DNA of 64,000 bases from an uncultured bacterium (GCA_964351495.1 CAYGOC010000012.1:823-64822); one strand, 5' to 3'. Positions 17,808 through 27,134 are shown, numbered from the stretch's first letter. Program-made: numbers and translations. Notes: generated by a model not told the origin, from the letters alone.

Positions 17808-19706
17808 ATGGAGTGTTTGGGCGATTTCATTTTGTTAAAAGAGATAGGAAAAGGGCCTTTTTCTACTACCTATCTTGCAGAACAAAGGTTTATCAAAAAG
17901 ACGTTTGTCTTAAAAGTGATAGAAAAAGAACTTTCTTCTGATGCGTTTTTTTTAGATCGTTTTGAAAGATTAATCTCCTCTATTGCTTCTTTAGATCATC
18001 CCTCGATTGTAAAGGTACACAACATATCTTCGCATGAAGGAACCTACTTTATTGTTATGGACCCTTTTGTAGACTCTGTGGGAGAGACGATGAATTTAGA
18101 TCGGTTTTTAGATCTAAAAGGAAAAGTCTTAACTGAAGCAGAAATAGAGTCTATTTTATTACAAGTAGCTGGGGCGCTTGACTACGCTCACTCTATTTCC
18201 TTTGATGAAGGATATCTAACACACGGCGGTCTGAAGCTTTCTAATTTATTGATAGCGAAAAAAGAGAAAGAGCTAAGAGTGTATCTTTCTGACTTTGGCT
18301 TTTCTAGGATTCTTTCAAAAGGGCTTTGTTTAGCCAGAAAATGTGAAAACTTTTCCTCGGCTCTTCATGAAAAAAAAGAAGGGTTTACCTCAGAAAGAGA
18401 CTACCTATTATACCGCTCTTTTTTGAGAGACCTTCATTTTCTGGCTCCGGAACAAAAAGACTTTGAAGAAGAGGAGGTGCCCGACCCTTCTGTGGATGTT
18501 TATGCTTTTGGAGTTTTAGCCTACTTTTTGATAACAAAAACCTTTCCTGAGGGGTGCTTTGATCTAATTCGGATGGGAAATTTTTCCTACAACCTTTCTT
18601 GGGATCAGCTTGTTTTTAGATGTCTACAAAAAGATCCAAAAAATAGGCCTTCTTCTTTAAGTAAGGCTATGGAGGAGATTCGAAAAGAAAAAAAAGGAAG
18701 CTATCCTTGGAGTGAGATAGGAAAAAAGATAGAAGATGCAATGCAGATGTCTTTTTCTTTCGGAGAAAGAAAAAAGCTTGCAGAAGAAACTAAAGAAACT
18801 CCCAAAGAAACGTCTTTGAAGTTTTATCCTCCTTCTGAAGAATCAAGCCTAAAACCTCTTTTAAAGCCGCAAGAAATTCATAGACCTCAATATGAACCCG
18901 ATCCAGGTGCTATTTTTCAAAGAGAACTTACCGTTTCTAGGTATCAACCTGCAGAAGTAGAGGTAAGAGAAGTCGAGCCTATTTTAACTGAGATGGTAAT
19001 TATACCGGGAGATACTTACTTTAGAGGGAGCAATCACGGTGCAAGAGATGAAATGCCGAGACATGCCGTTCTTTTATCGAGCTTTGCGGTGGACATTCAT
19101 CCTGTAACCAATGAGCAGTTTGTCCGTTTTTTAACCGCCATGGGAGGAGAAAAAGATGGAAATAATAACGATATTATCCGTCTTAGAGACTCTCGTATTA
19201 AAAGAAGTGGAGGAAAGCTGATCATTGAATCTGGGTATACCAAACATCCGGTAGTAGGAGTTACTTGGTATGGGGCTACCGCTTATGCTAAATGGGTAGG
19301 AAAAAGGCTTCCTACAGAGGCAGAATGGGAAGTAGCTTCTTATAGCGGAAAAAAAGACGGGATGATCTATCCGACGGGAGAAGATATAGAAAGATCTAAA
19401 GCCAATTTTTTCAGTTCGGATACCACCTCTGTCATGAGCTATCCTTGTAATGAGTATGGGATCTATGACATGGCGGGAAACGTATATGAGTGGTGTCAAG
19501 ATTGGTATGCATATAACTACTATGATACCTCTATGCAAGAGCCGGAAAATCCGCAAGGACCTTCTCAAGGGGTTTACCGTGTTTTAAGAGGAGGTTGCTG
19601 GAAAAGCTTAAAAGAAGACCTTCGCTGCTCTCATAGAAATAGAAATAATCCCGGGACCGTAAATGGGACTTATGGGTTTCGTTGTGCAACAGATGTCACT
19701 TCCTAA
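17808..19706 (+). CDS. pkn1: Ser/Thr kinase-like domain fused to FGE-sulfatase (SUMF1) domain, Pkn1 type
   Basis: IGKGPFS, VLK, DFG, APE, DVYAFG; C-terminal RLPTEAEWE, DMAGNVYEWC, RVLRGG, GFRC. Confidence 0.9.
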   Translation: MECLGDFILLKEIGKGPFSTTYLAEQRFIKKTFVLKVIEKELSSDAFFLDRFERLISSIASLDHPSIVKVHNISSHEGTYFIVMDPFVDSVGETMNLDRFLDLKGKVLTEAEIESILLQVAGALDYAHSISFDEGYLTHGGLKLSNLLIAKKEKELRVYLSDFGFSRILSKGLCLARKCENFSSALHEKKEGFTSERDYLLYRSFLRDLHFLAPEQKDFEEEEVPDPSVDVYAFGVLAYFLITKTFPEGCFDLIRMGNFSYNLSWDQLVFRCLQKDPKNRPSSLSKAMEEIRKEKKGSYPWSEIGKKIEDAMQMSFSFGERKKLAEETKETPKETSLKFYPPSEESSLKPLLKPQEIHRPQYEPDPGAIFQRELTVSRYQPAEVEVREVEPILTEMVIIPGDTYFRGSNHGARDEMPRHAVLLSSFAVDIHPVTNEQFVRFLTAMGGEKDGNNNDIIRLRDSRIKRSGGKLIIESGYTKHPVVGVTWYGATAYAKWVGKRLPTEAEWEVASYSGKKDGMIYPTGEDIERSKANFFSSDTTSVMSYPCNEYGIYDMAGNVYEWCQDWYAYNYYDTSMQEPENPQGPSQGVYRVLRGGCWKSLKEDLRCSHRNRNNPGTVNGTYGFRCATDVTS

Positions 19707-19721
19707 GTGATCTGTTTTTTC

Positions 19722-19792
19722 TTGGTTTTTCAGCCTTTTAGATGTAAGCTGTCTCCTGTTTTTTAGTAAAAAAAAAGATAAAAATAGGAGAC
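19722..19792 (+). promoter_or_regulatory. Repeated leader 1: sigma66-like promoter plus inverted repeat over RBS
   Basis: TTGGTT-N17-TAAGCT; GTCTCCTGTTTTT...AAAAATAGGAGAC. Confidence 0.6.
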
Positions 19793-19795
19793 TGT

Positions 19796-20107
19796 ATGTT
19801 CCAAGTACAAATAAATTCGGAAAATGTAATAAGTACAATTACGGTAGAAGATCCAGAAGGTCATCTTTTACAAAATAATGATTCTTTTTATATTCAGAAG
19901 TCCTGCTCAGCAGATGATTCTAATAAAGAAATCCACCTTCTATATCAAAAAATGGTAGGTTCTGATCTTTTTGCTTGTTTTGTTTTACAAGAGAAATCAA
20001 AGAAATGCTTTTTTGTAACCGAAGTAAAGTCAATTTCGGGTAGATTTAATGCATGGCTACCAGCTTCAGTTTTGCGAATTGAAAACCAAGAAGAGACCAA
20101 GATGTGA
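19796..20107 (+). CDS. Hypothetical protein, local paralog family B
   Basis: ISTIxVEDxEGxL, LYQ, LFxCFxL and WLxAxVL shared with 21762..22139. Confidence 0.78.
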   Translation: MFQVQINSENVISTITVEDPEGHLLQNNDSFYIQKSCSADDSNKEIHLLYQKMVGSDLFACFVLQEKSKKCFFVTEVKSISGRFNAWLPASVLRIENQEETKM

Positions 20108-20146
20108 CTACACCCTATAAAGAATCTAGTTTTTTCTTTTAAGTGC

Positions 20147-20210
20147 TTGTTTTTTTTTAGTTTTAGGTGTAAATAGTTCTCCTGTTTTTAGCAATCTTCA
20201 AAATAGGAGG
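20147..20210 (+). promoter_or_regulatory. Repeated leader 2
   Basis: TTGTTT-N17-TAAATA; CTCCTGTTTT...AAAATAGGAG. Confidence 0.5.
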
Positions 20211-20215
20211 TTTTT

Positions 20216-20569
20216 ATGTTTGGTGCCTATACAGTACAAAGCCAAGGCTCTGAAAACAGCTTTAGCTTTACTATAGAGGATACAAAAGAGTGTATTCGAG
20301 AAAAGGTCTTTTCTTTATATCAAAAAACAATCACTAAACACTCTTCTTGTCTTTCAGAGGGCTATATGGGTGTTTTTCGTGAATTAGAGCATCATGTTCT
20401 TTTTCAAAAAAACCCGGAAGGTAATTTTTCCTGTTTTACCTTAGAAAAGGTAGCAGGCACCACTTTTTCTGTATTAGAAATAGGTACGGTAGAAAAAGCG
20501 CCGGAGAGAGCTTCTCCAGCTACAGTACTCCGAAGGGATTTTCAGGGAAATGAATCTAAGGAAAATTAA
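20216..20569 (+). CDS. Hypothetical protein, local paralog family B
   Basis: AGGAGG RBS; LEKxxGxxFSVxExxTV...P..AS.A.V..R.F.GN.SK shared with 20665..21003. Confidence 0.78.
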   Translation: MFGAYTVQSQGSENSFSFTIEDTKECIREKVFSLYQKTITKHSSCLSEGYMGVFRELEHHVLFQKNPEGNFSCFTLEKVAGTTFSVLEIGTVEKAPERASPATVLRRDFQGNESKEN

Positions 20570-20593
20570 CATAGGATTTTCAGTTTAAAAGCA

Positions 20594-20661
20594 TTGTGTT
20601 TTTTTTTCTTTTTGTTTAAACTGTCGCTGTTTTTTAGTAAAAAAAAATAAAAATAGGAGAT
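20594..20661 (+). promoter_or_regulatory. Repeated leader 3
   Basis: TTGTGT-N17-TAAACT; CTGTTTTT...AAAAATAG(GAG). Confidence 0.55.
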
Positions 20662-20664
20662 TTT

Positions 20665-21003
20665 ATGTTTGTGGTAGAATTATTAGAGAGTAGACAAGAG
20701 ATGCTTGTTCAAGATCCGCAGAGGCTGTTGGTTGTGGGTGCCGAGTCTTTTTATAGTACAACATTTGAAGACGTCCGGAGTCAGTCAGTTTTAGATGATA
20801 TTTTGACTCCTCAAAAAGTGCAAAAATATTTTCTTTACCAGCTTGCGGAAGAAGGAAAATATCGGCGTGTTTCTCTAGAAAAACAATCAGGAAGAGAATT
20901 TTCTGTAATAGAAGCAATTACAGTGCAAGAAAAGCCATATGCAGCATCTGTAGCTAGAGTGACTGCAAGGGTTTTTGTGGGCAATGATTCTAAGATAGCA
21001 TAA
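20665..21003 (+). CDS. Hypothetical protein, local paralog family B
   Basis: AGGAG RBS; VQDP..LL, FLYQ and C-terminal similarity to neighbours. Confidence 0.78.
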   Translation: MFVVELLESRQEMLVQDPQRLLVVGAESFYSTTFEDVRSQSVLDDILTPQKVQKYFLYQLAEEGKYRRVSLEKQSGREFSVIEAITVQEKPYAASVARVTARVFVGNDSKIA

Positions 21004-21022
21004 GACTTTTGGCTTAAAAGCC

Positions 21023-21095
21023 TTGTGTTTTTTTTCTTTCATCTGTAAAATCCTCTTGTTTTTTTGGTAATTAAACGTAAAAACAAGAGGGTTTT
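21023..21095 (+). promoter_or_regulatory. Repeated leader 4
   Basis: TTGTGT-N17-TAAAAT; AAAATCCTCTTGTTTTT...AAAAACAAGAGGGTTTT (17-bp inverted repeat with one G-T pair). Confidence 0.62.
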
Positions 21096-21434
21096 ATGCA
21101 AGTGTTCAAAGTAACTATACAAGAGAGACCTCAAAATGGAGGTCCTGCTGAGTTTGATTTTTCATTGGTAGATCGCTACGATACTTTACCAAAAGAGGGT
21201 GGTCGGTTTTTATATCTTTCGAAGGCGAAACTTTCTGAAGGTTCTGAAAAGGTGCAGACTTATGCTCTGTTCAAACTAAAAGAGAATGCAGAAAAGTATA
21301 CTCGTTGGGGTATGTATCCTATTCAAGAAGAATACCCTGCTCGTTCCTTTGGTGTAGATATGTCAATAGAAGATGAGTTATCGGAGGAAGACCGATTGAA
21401 GTGTTTTCAAGTTCTACTTTCTCTATCAAGATAG
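21096..21434 (+). CDS. Hypothetical protein, divergent family B candidate
   Basis: Same size and leader as neighbours; weak motif similarity only. Confidence 0.68.
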   Translation: MQVFKVTIQERPQNGGPAEFDFSLVDRYDTLPKEGGRFLYLSKAKLSEGSEKVQTYALFKLKENAEKYTRWGMYPIQEEYPARSFGVDMSIEDELSEEDRLKCFQVLLSLSR

Positions 21435-21453
21435 GAAAAAAAAACGGTTCATT

Positions 21454-21732
21454 ATGCTAGTTTCAGGTGGTTTTTTTGATGGTTTCGGGTCTTTGGAGAG
21501 ATTTGAAACAGGAGATCCTTTCGGTCTTTTAGAAATACTAGAGTGCCCTTGCTCTTATATGTGCTCTTCCTGTTTTAGCCCGGTAGATAAAATAAAAGTG
21601 ATAGCTAAAGACGGTTTTTACTATCAGTACATAGAGGAAGGTTCCCCCTCGTTTTTAAAGGTAGTAAGAAAAATAGAGCAAGATGATACAAGGTATTTTT
21701 TCTTCAAATTAGGAAATCTTTATATCAAATGA
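21454..21732 (+). CDS. Hypothetical protein
   Basis: 92-aa ORF filling the gap within the array. Confidence 0.5.
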   Translation: MLVSGGFFDGFGSLERFETGDPFGLLEILECPCSYMCSSCFSPVDKIKVIAKDGFYYQYIEEGSPSFLKVVRKIEQDDTRYFFFKLGNLYIK

Positions 21733-21761
21733 TAAAAGGTTAGAAAAGACAGGAGTTTTTT

Positions 21762-22139
21762 GTGTATAGAGTAGAAATAACCTCAAAAAAGGGAGAGATA
21801 AGCACGATTTACGTAGAGGATTCAGAAGGGCGTTTGAGAGCTGGCGCTACTTCCTATTATCTGAAGGTGCAAAGTGCATTTTCTCCCAGACCTAGCGAAG
21901 TAAAGCTGCAACATTCTATCAAGGATTTTTATTTTTTGTATCAAGAAAACAAGGGAGAAACGGCCCGTTTTGAAGAAAAAAAATGTGCTCTATTTTCTTG
22001 TTTTCCTTTGAAACAAGGAAAAGACAACCGTTTTTCTATAGAAAACGTATACAAAATTCCGGGAGTCAATAAGGTTTCTTGGCTTGCTGCCAAAGTGCTT
22101 TTAGTAGAAGAGAATCCTCAAGAGTCTAAAGAAGAGTAG
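21762..22139 (+). CDS. Hypothetical protein, local paralog family B
   Basis: GTG start with AGGAG RBS; clear paralog of 19796..20107. Confidence 0.78.
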   Translation: MYRVEITSKKGEISTIYVEDSEGRLRAGATSYYLKVQSAFSPRPSEVKLQHSIKDFYFLYQENKGETARFEEKKCALFSCFPLKQGKDNRFSIENVYKIPGVNKVSWLAAKVLLVEENPQESKEE

Positions 22140-22178
22140 CTCTTCGAATTAACTTTTTCAGAGGATCAATAAGCTTTT

Positions 22179-24053
22179 CTATTTTGTTACAGAAATTAAG
22201 AGTTTGGAGACAGTCCCTTGTAGGGAAAGATAATCTTTGAGCCGATTATCCTCTAATAGAACAGTATAGATTTCTTTGAGCACGATATTTCTTTTGCCTA
22301 TCTTTAGAAGGTGTTCTTGAAGCGTTTCAAAAAGGCTAACAACCTCACTAAAGGGCTTTATTTTGATTAAAGCTTTAAATCGAAGATGCTGTACATCGGC
22401 AGGTATGGATCCAAACTCTTTTTCTATTTCTTCCAATAAAAGAAGGGCCTCCTCATATTTTTCACATAATATCTGTTGTGCAAAAATTTGGGTAAGAGCT
22501 TGCCCTTTAAAAGGCATACCTGGTGAATTTGTAAAATGACTTGTTACCATTTTAGCTTTGTCAAAGCTTTTTATAGATAAAAGCTTTTGAAAAATAGCCT
22601 CTAAAGAGGCTGATTTAACAGCCTGGTCGTCAATTAAGAGAACCTCTTGGGAGATGGCTTCTGCATTTTCTTCTTTTATTATAGCATAATAAATACCTTT
22701 TATAGCGTAGCTATATAGAGTAGAATCTTGTATTTCCTTTGCTAGCGTAAGAGCTTCTTGCTTGTTTATTTCAGCAAGCTTTATAGCTGCTTCTTTAATG
22801 ACTTTTTCTCTTAAGTGGTTTTGGCAAATTTTTTCTTTGAAAAAAAGAGCTTGGTCTACTTTCCCTTTTTTTAATAGAGCCATACAGACGGAAAAGAACA
22901 CTCTTCCACTTATAAATTCATCAGAGATGAGGGAGGTCTTTTCAAGAGTCCTTTCTATGTGACAGTCTTCTACGTTTTCTTGTTGTAGAAGATGAGAAAA
23001 GTGGGCTTCTACAAGGTTGTTTCGTAAATAAGGGTTTTCGATATTTGTTGTCAGTTTGAGAGCTTCTTCCGGTTTTCCCTCTATTAAAAAATTGGAGAAA
23101 GACTCTCGTAGAAAATCTTCTTCGAGTAGATTAGGATCAAAGGGTACAGATTCAAACGGTCCCGTTTCCAAGAAAAGATTTTTGATAATTTGAGCTCTTT
23201 CGAAAATAGAGGAGGCTGTACCATCTGTAGGAAACTTTGTAATATTTTTTACATATCCAGACACATGTGCGTAGCTACCTATTAGCGGATCAGCTTTGGT
23301 TGGTTTTTGTACTCCTCTTTCTTCTTTTAAGATTGTTATTGCCTCATTTCGAATTTTTGGATCTGAGATAAGGTGGAGTGCTTCAAAGAAGTAGATGTCT
23401 GCAGAGATTTTTAAGCTTCTAGTTATTTCTAATAAGACAGAGTCTCTTTCTTCGGTATTTAAAATACTTAAGGCTATTTTAATAGGAGTCTCATAATCTC
23501 CTTGTCTTACCATCGTTGTACAAATATTTATAGTAAGAGGTGGTTTTCCAGAAGAAAAAGGAGTTTCTCCTTTTTTTGTCATATCTAAAGCTTTTGGAAC
23601 CTCGTTTTTTTCTATGAGACTCTCACACACGTCGTAAACAATAACAGGCATTGTAGTAATAAAAAGAGCTTTTCTGGCTATTTTAGAAACGGAAAAAATG
23701 TTCTCAAAAACAGGAGGAAGCGAACGAAACGTAGCTTCTAAGGTTGTGATTTCTTGACCATTATTTTCACTTAAAGATTGTACAAACGGAGCATTTGAGC
23801 CCTGAGTTATAGAAACTGTAACACTTTCATGTAAAGTTTTTAAAACATCGACAACTCTGTGTTTAATAGAGCGCAGTTCTCTTTCTTGGGTCAAGGGATT
23901 AAAAAACTCTCTTTGTTCTAATAAAATAAGAATTTTTTGCAGACTCTCTACTTGGGAATCTTTATGGCCGAGTTTTCCTACCTCTGAAATTAACTCCCGA
24001 ATAAATAGTGCATAGGGTTGAAAGCTTGTACTTTGTGTGGAACTTGTACTCAT
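22179..24053 (-). CDS. Alpha-helical repeat protein, candidate secreted effector
   Basis: S/T-rich N-terminus; paralog of 24268..26082 (TASSxxER, GRVFFS, HLRFxALxxxKPFSEV). Confidence 0.82.
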   Translation of the reverse strand: MSTSSTQSTSFQPYALFIRELISEVGKLGHKDSQVESLQKILILLEQREFFNPLTQERELRSIKHRVVDVLKTLHESVTVSITQGSNAPFVQSLSENNGQEITTLEATFRSLPPVFENIFSVSKIARKALFITTMPVIVYDVCESLIEKNEVPKALDMTKKGETPFSSGKPPLTINICTTMVRQGDYETPIKIALSILNTEERDSVLLEITRSLKISADIYFFEALHLISDPKIRNEAITILKEERGVQKPTKADPLIGSYAHVSGYVKNITKFPTDGTASSIFERAQIIKNLFLETGPFESVPFDPNLLEEDFLRESFSNFLIEGKPEEALKLTTNIENPYLRNNLVEAHFSHLLQQENVEDCHIERTLEKTSLISDEFISGRVFFSVCMALLKKGKVDQALFFKEKICQNHLREKVIKEAAIKLAEINKQEALTLAKEIQDSTLYSYAIKGIYYAIIKEENAEAISQEVLLIDDQAVKSASLEAIFQKLLSIKSFDKAKMVTSHFTNSPGMPFKGQALTQIFAQQILCEKYEEALLLLEEIEKEFGSIPADVQHLRFKALIKIKPFSEVVSLFETLQEHLLKIGKRNIVLKEIYTVLLEDNRLKDYLSLQGTVSKLLISVTK

Positions 24054-24267
24054 ATAAAGACACCATGAACCGAAAGCTTCAAAGTTTTTCCTAGCTTTGG
24101 TCTTTTTTAAGGGTTAGCTAATTTCTTTTAAAAACGTAAGCTCAGGGATTTTGTATTATACAGAAGATTTTTTTAAAGAGATTTTTAGAAATACAGGAGA
24201 AAAGGCCTCTTTTGAGAACCGGAAAAATGGCAGAGGGCTCCTTTTTAAAGAGTAGGAGCCCCTTAAT

Positions 24268-26082
24268 TTACGGTGTTATATTAGAGATAGTTTTTTCAAA
24301 GTTTACTAGATCCTTAAAACGATTTTCTTCTAATAGAAAGGAGTAAATTTCTTGAAGAATTCGATCCCTTTCTTCTTTATTTCTATTTCTTACAAGCTCC
24401 TTTTCAATAGAAGAAAAAAGACTGCAAACTTCAGAAAAAGGTTTTGTTCTAAGTAAAGCTCTAAATCGAAGATGCTCTATGGGAGAGGGGTTTACGATAT
24501 TGTAGAGTGGGCTAAATTCCTTTTCAATTTTTTCTAATACAATAAGCGCTTCTTCGAATTTTTTTTCTGCGATTTGTGTTTCAAAAATCTGCAGTAAAGA
24601 TTTCTTTTTCAAAGGTAGATCTGTGGAGGTAAAGTAAGATAGCAGATTTTCTGCTTCGTCAAAATCTTTTATAGTAAATACGAGCTTTTGAAAAATGGCC
24701 TGAAGAGTCTCTTTTTTAATGCTCGGATTTTCTATGGCAAGAACCTCTGAAATAAGAGCTTTTGCATTGTCTTTTGTTATACTGGCTTCATAGATGCTTT
24801 TTATAATAGCTTTTCGTAAGGAAGGGGGCTCTTTTTCTGCCATTTTAAGAGCCTCTTTTTTATTTTCCTTGGCAATTTCTATCAGGACTCTCTTTGTAAT
24901 ACAATCTCTTAATTCTTGTTGGCAGATTCTTTCTTTTAAGGAAAGGACTCCTTGTATTTCTTTCTTTTTTATCAGAGCTTTACAGGTAGAAAAGAAAACC
25001 CTTCCAACAAGAAAAGGATTAGAAATTAGGTTGCTTGTTTCAATGGCTTGTTCTATCTCGTTTTCCTGTATAAAAAAATCACAAATAGCTTTTAAAAGGT
25101 TGTCTCGTAAAAAACTATTTTTAGAAATAGCTTGAACTACCCTTATAGCTTCTAGGGGGCTCTTGCTTTTTAGTAGCTTTAGGCAAAATCTTCGAAGAAG
25201 ATCTTCTTTTATTAAGATAAGATTGAGCTGCATCTTTTTGCATAGGGGATTTTTTGAAAGAAGATCTACAATGGTTTGAACTCTTTCTAAAACAGAAGAA
25301 GCGGTTTGTTCTAAAGGAGCCTCGCTTAAGGTCTTTATGTAAGAAAATATGTAAGAATGGTTATTTGGTATCGATAAATCTGGGTTACCCGGATTTACAA
25401 TCGGTAACCTTGCTATCAGGGTAGTTCTTGCTTGTTGTTGTTTGCTTTCTTCTGAAATGAGGAAAAGAGCCTCTAGAAAAAGGGTGTTTTTTGCTGCTAA
25501 ACTATTCGCAACTTCTAGTAATACAGAGTCTCTTTTTTCGAGATCTAGTATGCTACAGGCTATTTTAGGGGGTGTTGTATAATCGGCATTTTTAATCATT
25601 TTCTCGCAATTTTGAATAAGAAGATAGGTTTGATCAATAGGAGAATGGGTAGGATCTTCAGCTATGTCTAAAGCTTGGAAGGGTTCTTTTATTTGTATTA
25701 ATTTTTTACAAACATTCGGGATCAAAGAAGGTTTATAATTAGGAAAAAGAACAGCTCTGGTTATCCTAGCTATAGTAAAAATTTTTTTAAGATAATGGGG
25801 TAGAGGAGTTTCTTGAAAAGAGTTTTCTAGAGTGGTTATTAGACTAGAATCTTCTTCTTTTAAAGTTTGTATTACGGCAACAATTCTAGCTCTAATACCA
25901 AAAAACTCTCTTTCTGCAATAGGAAAGAGCCCCTGTTCTATAGAAGAAACAAGACTTTCTAAACGAATTATTTGGCTTTGTAGCGTTTGTCTTTGTGGGT
26001 CTTGAAGGCATTTTAGTTTTTCGATTAAAGTTTGGACAGCCTGTTTTGCTGACTCTGCTCCTATACTTGTACTTGGGCTCAT
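24268..26082 (-). CDS. Alpha-helical repeat protein, candidate secreted effector
   Basis: AGGAG RBS; tandem paralog of 22179..24053. Confidence 0.82.
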   Translation of the reverse strand: MSPSTSIGAESAKQAVQTLIEKLKCLQDPQRQTLQSQIIRLESLVSSIEQGLFPIAEREFFGIRARIVAVIQTLKEEDSSLITTLENSFQETPLPHYLKKIFTIARITRAVLFPNYKPSLIPNVCKKLIQIKEPFQALDIAEDPTHSPIDQTYLLIQNCEKMIKNADYTTPPKIACSILDLEKRDSVLLEVANSLAAKNTLFLEALFLISEESKQQQARTTLIARLPIVNPGNPDLSIPNNHSYIFSYIKTLSEAPLEQTASSVLERVQTIVDLLSKNPLCKKMQLNLILIKEDLLRRFCLKLLKSKSPLEAIRVVQAISKNSFLRDNLLKAICDFFIQENEIEQAIETSNLISNPFLVGRVFFSTCKALIKKKEIQGVLSLKERICQQELRDCITKRVLIEIAKENKKEALKMAEKEPPSLRKAIIKSIYEASITKDNAKALISEVLAIENPSIKKETLQAIFQKLVFTIKDFDEAENLLSYFTSTDLPLKKKSLLQIFETQIAEKKFEEALIVLEKIEKEFSPLYNIVNPSPIEHLRFRALLRTKPFSEVCSLFSSIEKELVRNRNKEERDRILQEIYSFLLEENRFKDLVNFEKTISNITP

Positions 26083-26192
26083 AAAACTCCTAAAAAAATA
26101 ATAATCGCAAAACTTTGCCTCAGTAGAAGGGATTTTTTAAAGAAGTTTTTTGGGTATAGGAATTTTACCTTTATCTTTGTTATCCTTACCTT

Positions 26193-27134
26193 ATGAAAAA
26201 GATATTTCTCTGCTCTCCTAGGGGTTTTTGTGCCGGCGTAGAAAGAGCTATACAAACAGTGGAAAAAGCACTTAAACTCTGGGGACCTCCTATCTATGTA
26301 AAACATGAGATTGTTCACAATCAACATGTAGTAGACTCTTTAAAAGAAAAAGGAGCTGTTTTTATAGAAGATATCCAAAAGGTTCCTAAAGGGAGTCGAA
26401 TAATTTACTCCGCCCACGGAGTCTCTCCTGAGGTAAGAAAAGAGGCCAAAGCAAGGGGTCTTATAGAAATAGATGCTACTTGCGGCCTTGTTACAAAAGT
26501 CCACTCTGCAGCAAAGCGGTTTGCTTTTAAAGGGTATTTTATCTTATTAATTGGCCATAAAAATCATGTGGAGACAATCGGTACCTTTGGAGAGGCTCCT
26601 GAGGTTACCACAATTATAGAAAATGTAGAGGATGTAAAAAAACTTTCTTTTTCAAAAGAGGATAAGCTCTGCTATTTAACCCAGACTACTTTGAGCTTAG
26701 ATGAGGTCAAAGAGATAGTAGAGGAGCTAGAGAAGAGATTTCCTCAAATAGAGACCCTTCCCTCTTCTTCTATATGCTATGCAACTACAAACAGGCAAAG
26801 GGCCTTGATTTCTGTTTTGGATAAGATAGATTCGGTAATTGTAGTAGGAGATGTCACTAGCTCCAATTCAAACCGGTTAAAAGAGATAGCCCAAAAAAGA
26901 AAAATTCCTTCGTATTTAGTACATTCAGAAAAAGAGATAGATCCTGATTTTTTTAAAACTGTAAATACAGTAGCCATCACAGCAGGAGCTTCTACTCCGG
27001 AAGAATACGTAAAAAGATGCATAGATTTCTTAGGGACTTTGGGGTTTCAAGAGATAGAAGAAGTCTTTTTTACAGAGGAAAACATTACCTTTTCTCTTCC
27101 TTCTTTAGTAAATATAGGAACTTCGAGAATCTAA
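26193..27134 (+). CDS. ispH: 4-hydroxy-3-methylbut-2-enyl diphosphate reductase
   Basis: PRGFCAGV, IVHN, SAHG, DATC, QTTLS, ICYATTNRQ, SSNS, TAGASTP. Confidence 0.97.
   Translation: MKKIFLCSPRGFCAGVERAIQTVEKALKLWGPPIYVKHEIVHNQHVVDSLKEKGAVFIEDIQKVPKGSRIIYSAHGVSPEVRKEAKARGLIEIDATCGLVTKVHSAAKRFAFKGYFILLIGHKNHVETIGTFGEAPEVTTIIENVEDVKKLSFSKEDKLCYLTQTTLSLDEVKEIVEELEKRFPQIETLPSSSICYATTNRQRALISVLDKIDSVIVVGDVTSSNSNRLKEIAQKRKIPSYLVHSEKEIDPDFFKTVNTVAITAGASTPEEYVKRCIDFLGTLGFQEIEEVFFTEENITFSLPSLVNIGTSRI

Noticed and set aside
17645-17830. 61-aa minus-strand ORF crossing the IS left end
   Set aside because: No TnpA HUH/Tyr or TnpB motifs; it spans the element boundary, so it is a chance frame.
21565-21600. 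Leader-like CCTGTTTTAG...AGATAAAATA inside ORF 21454..21732
   Set aside because: Lacks the AGGAG arm and promoter spacing; explained by SCF codons.
19707-22139. Integron cassette array or CRISPR interpretation of the small-gene array
   Set aside because: No integrase or cas genes, no clear attC RYYYAAC/GTTRRRY boxes, and no constant repeat-spacer period; the repeats contain promoter and RBS elements.
24235-24261. GGGCTCCT/AGGAGCCC hairpin between the two helical-repeat genes
   Set aside because: Real stem but no adjacent U-tract, so not called as a terminator; no second copy noticed.
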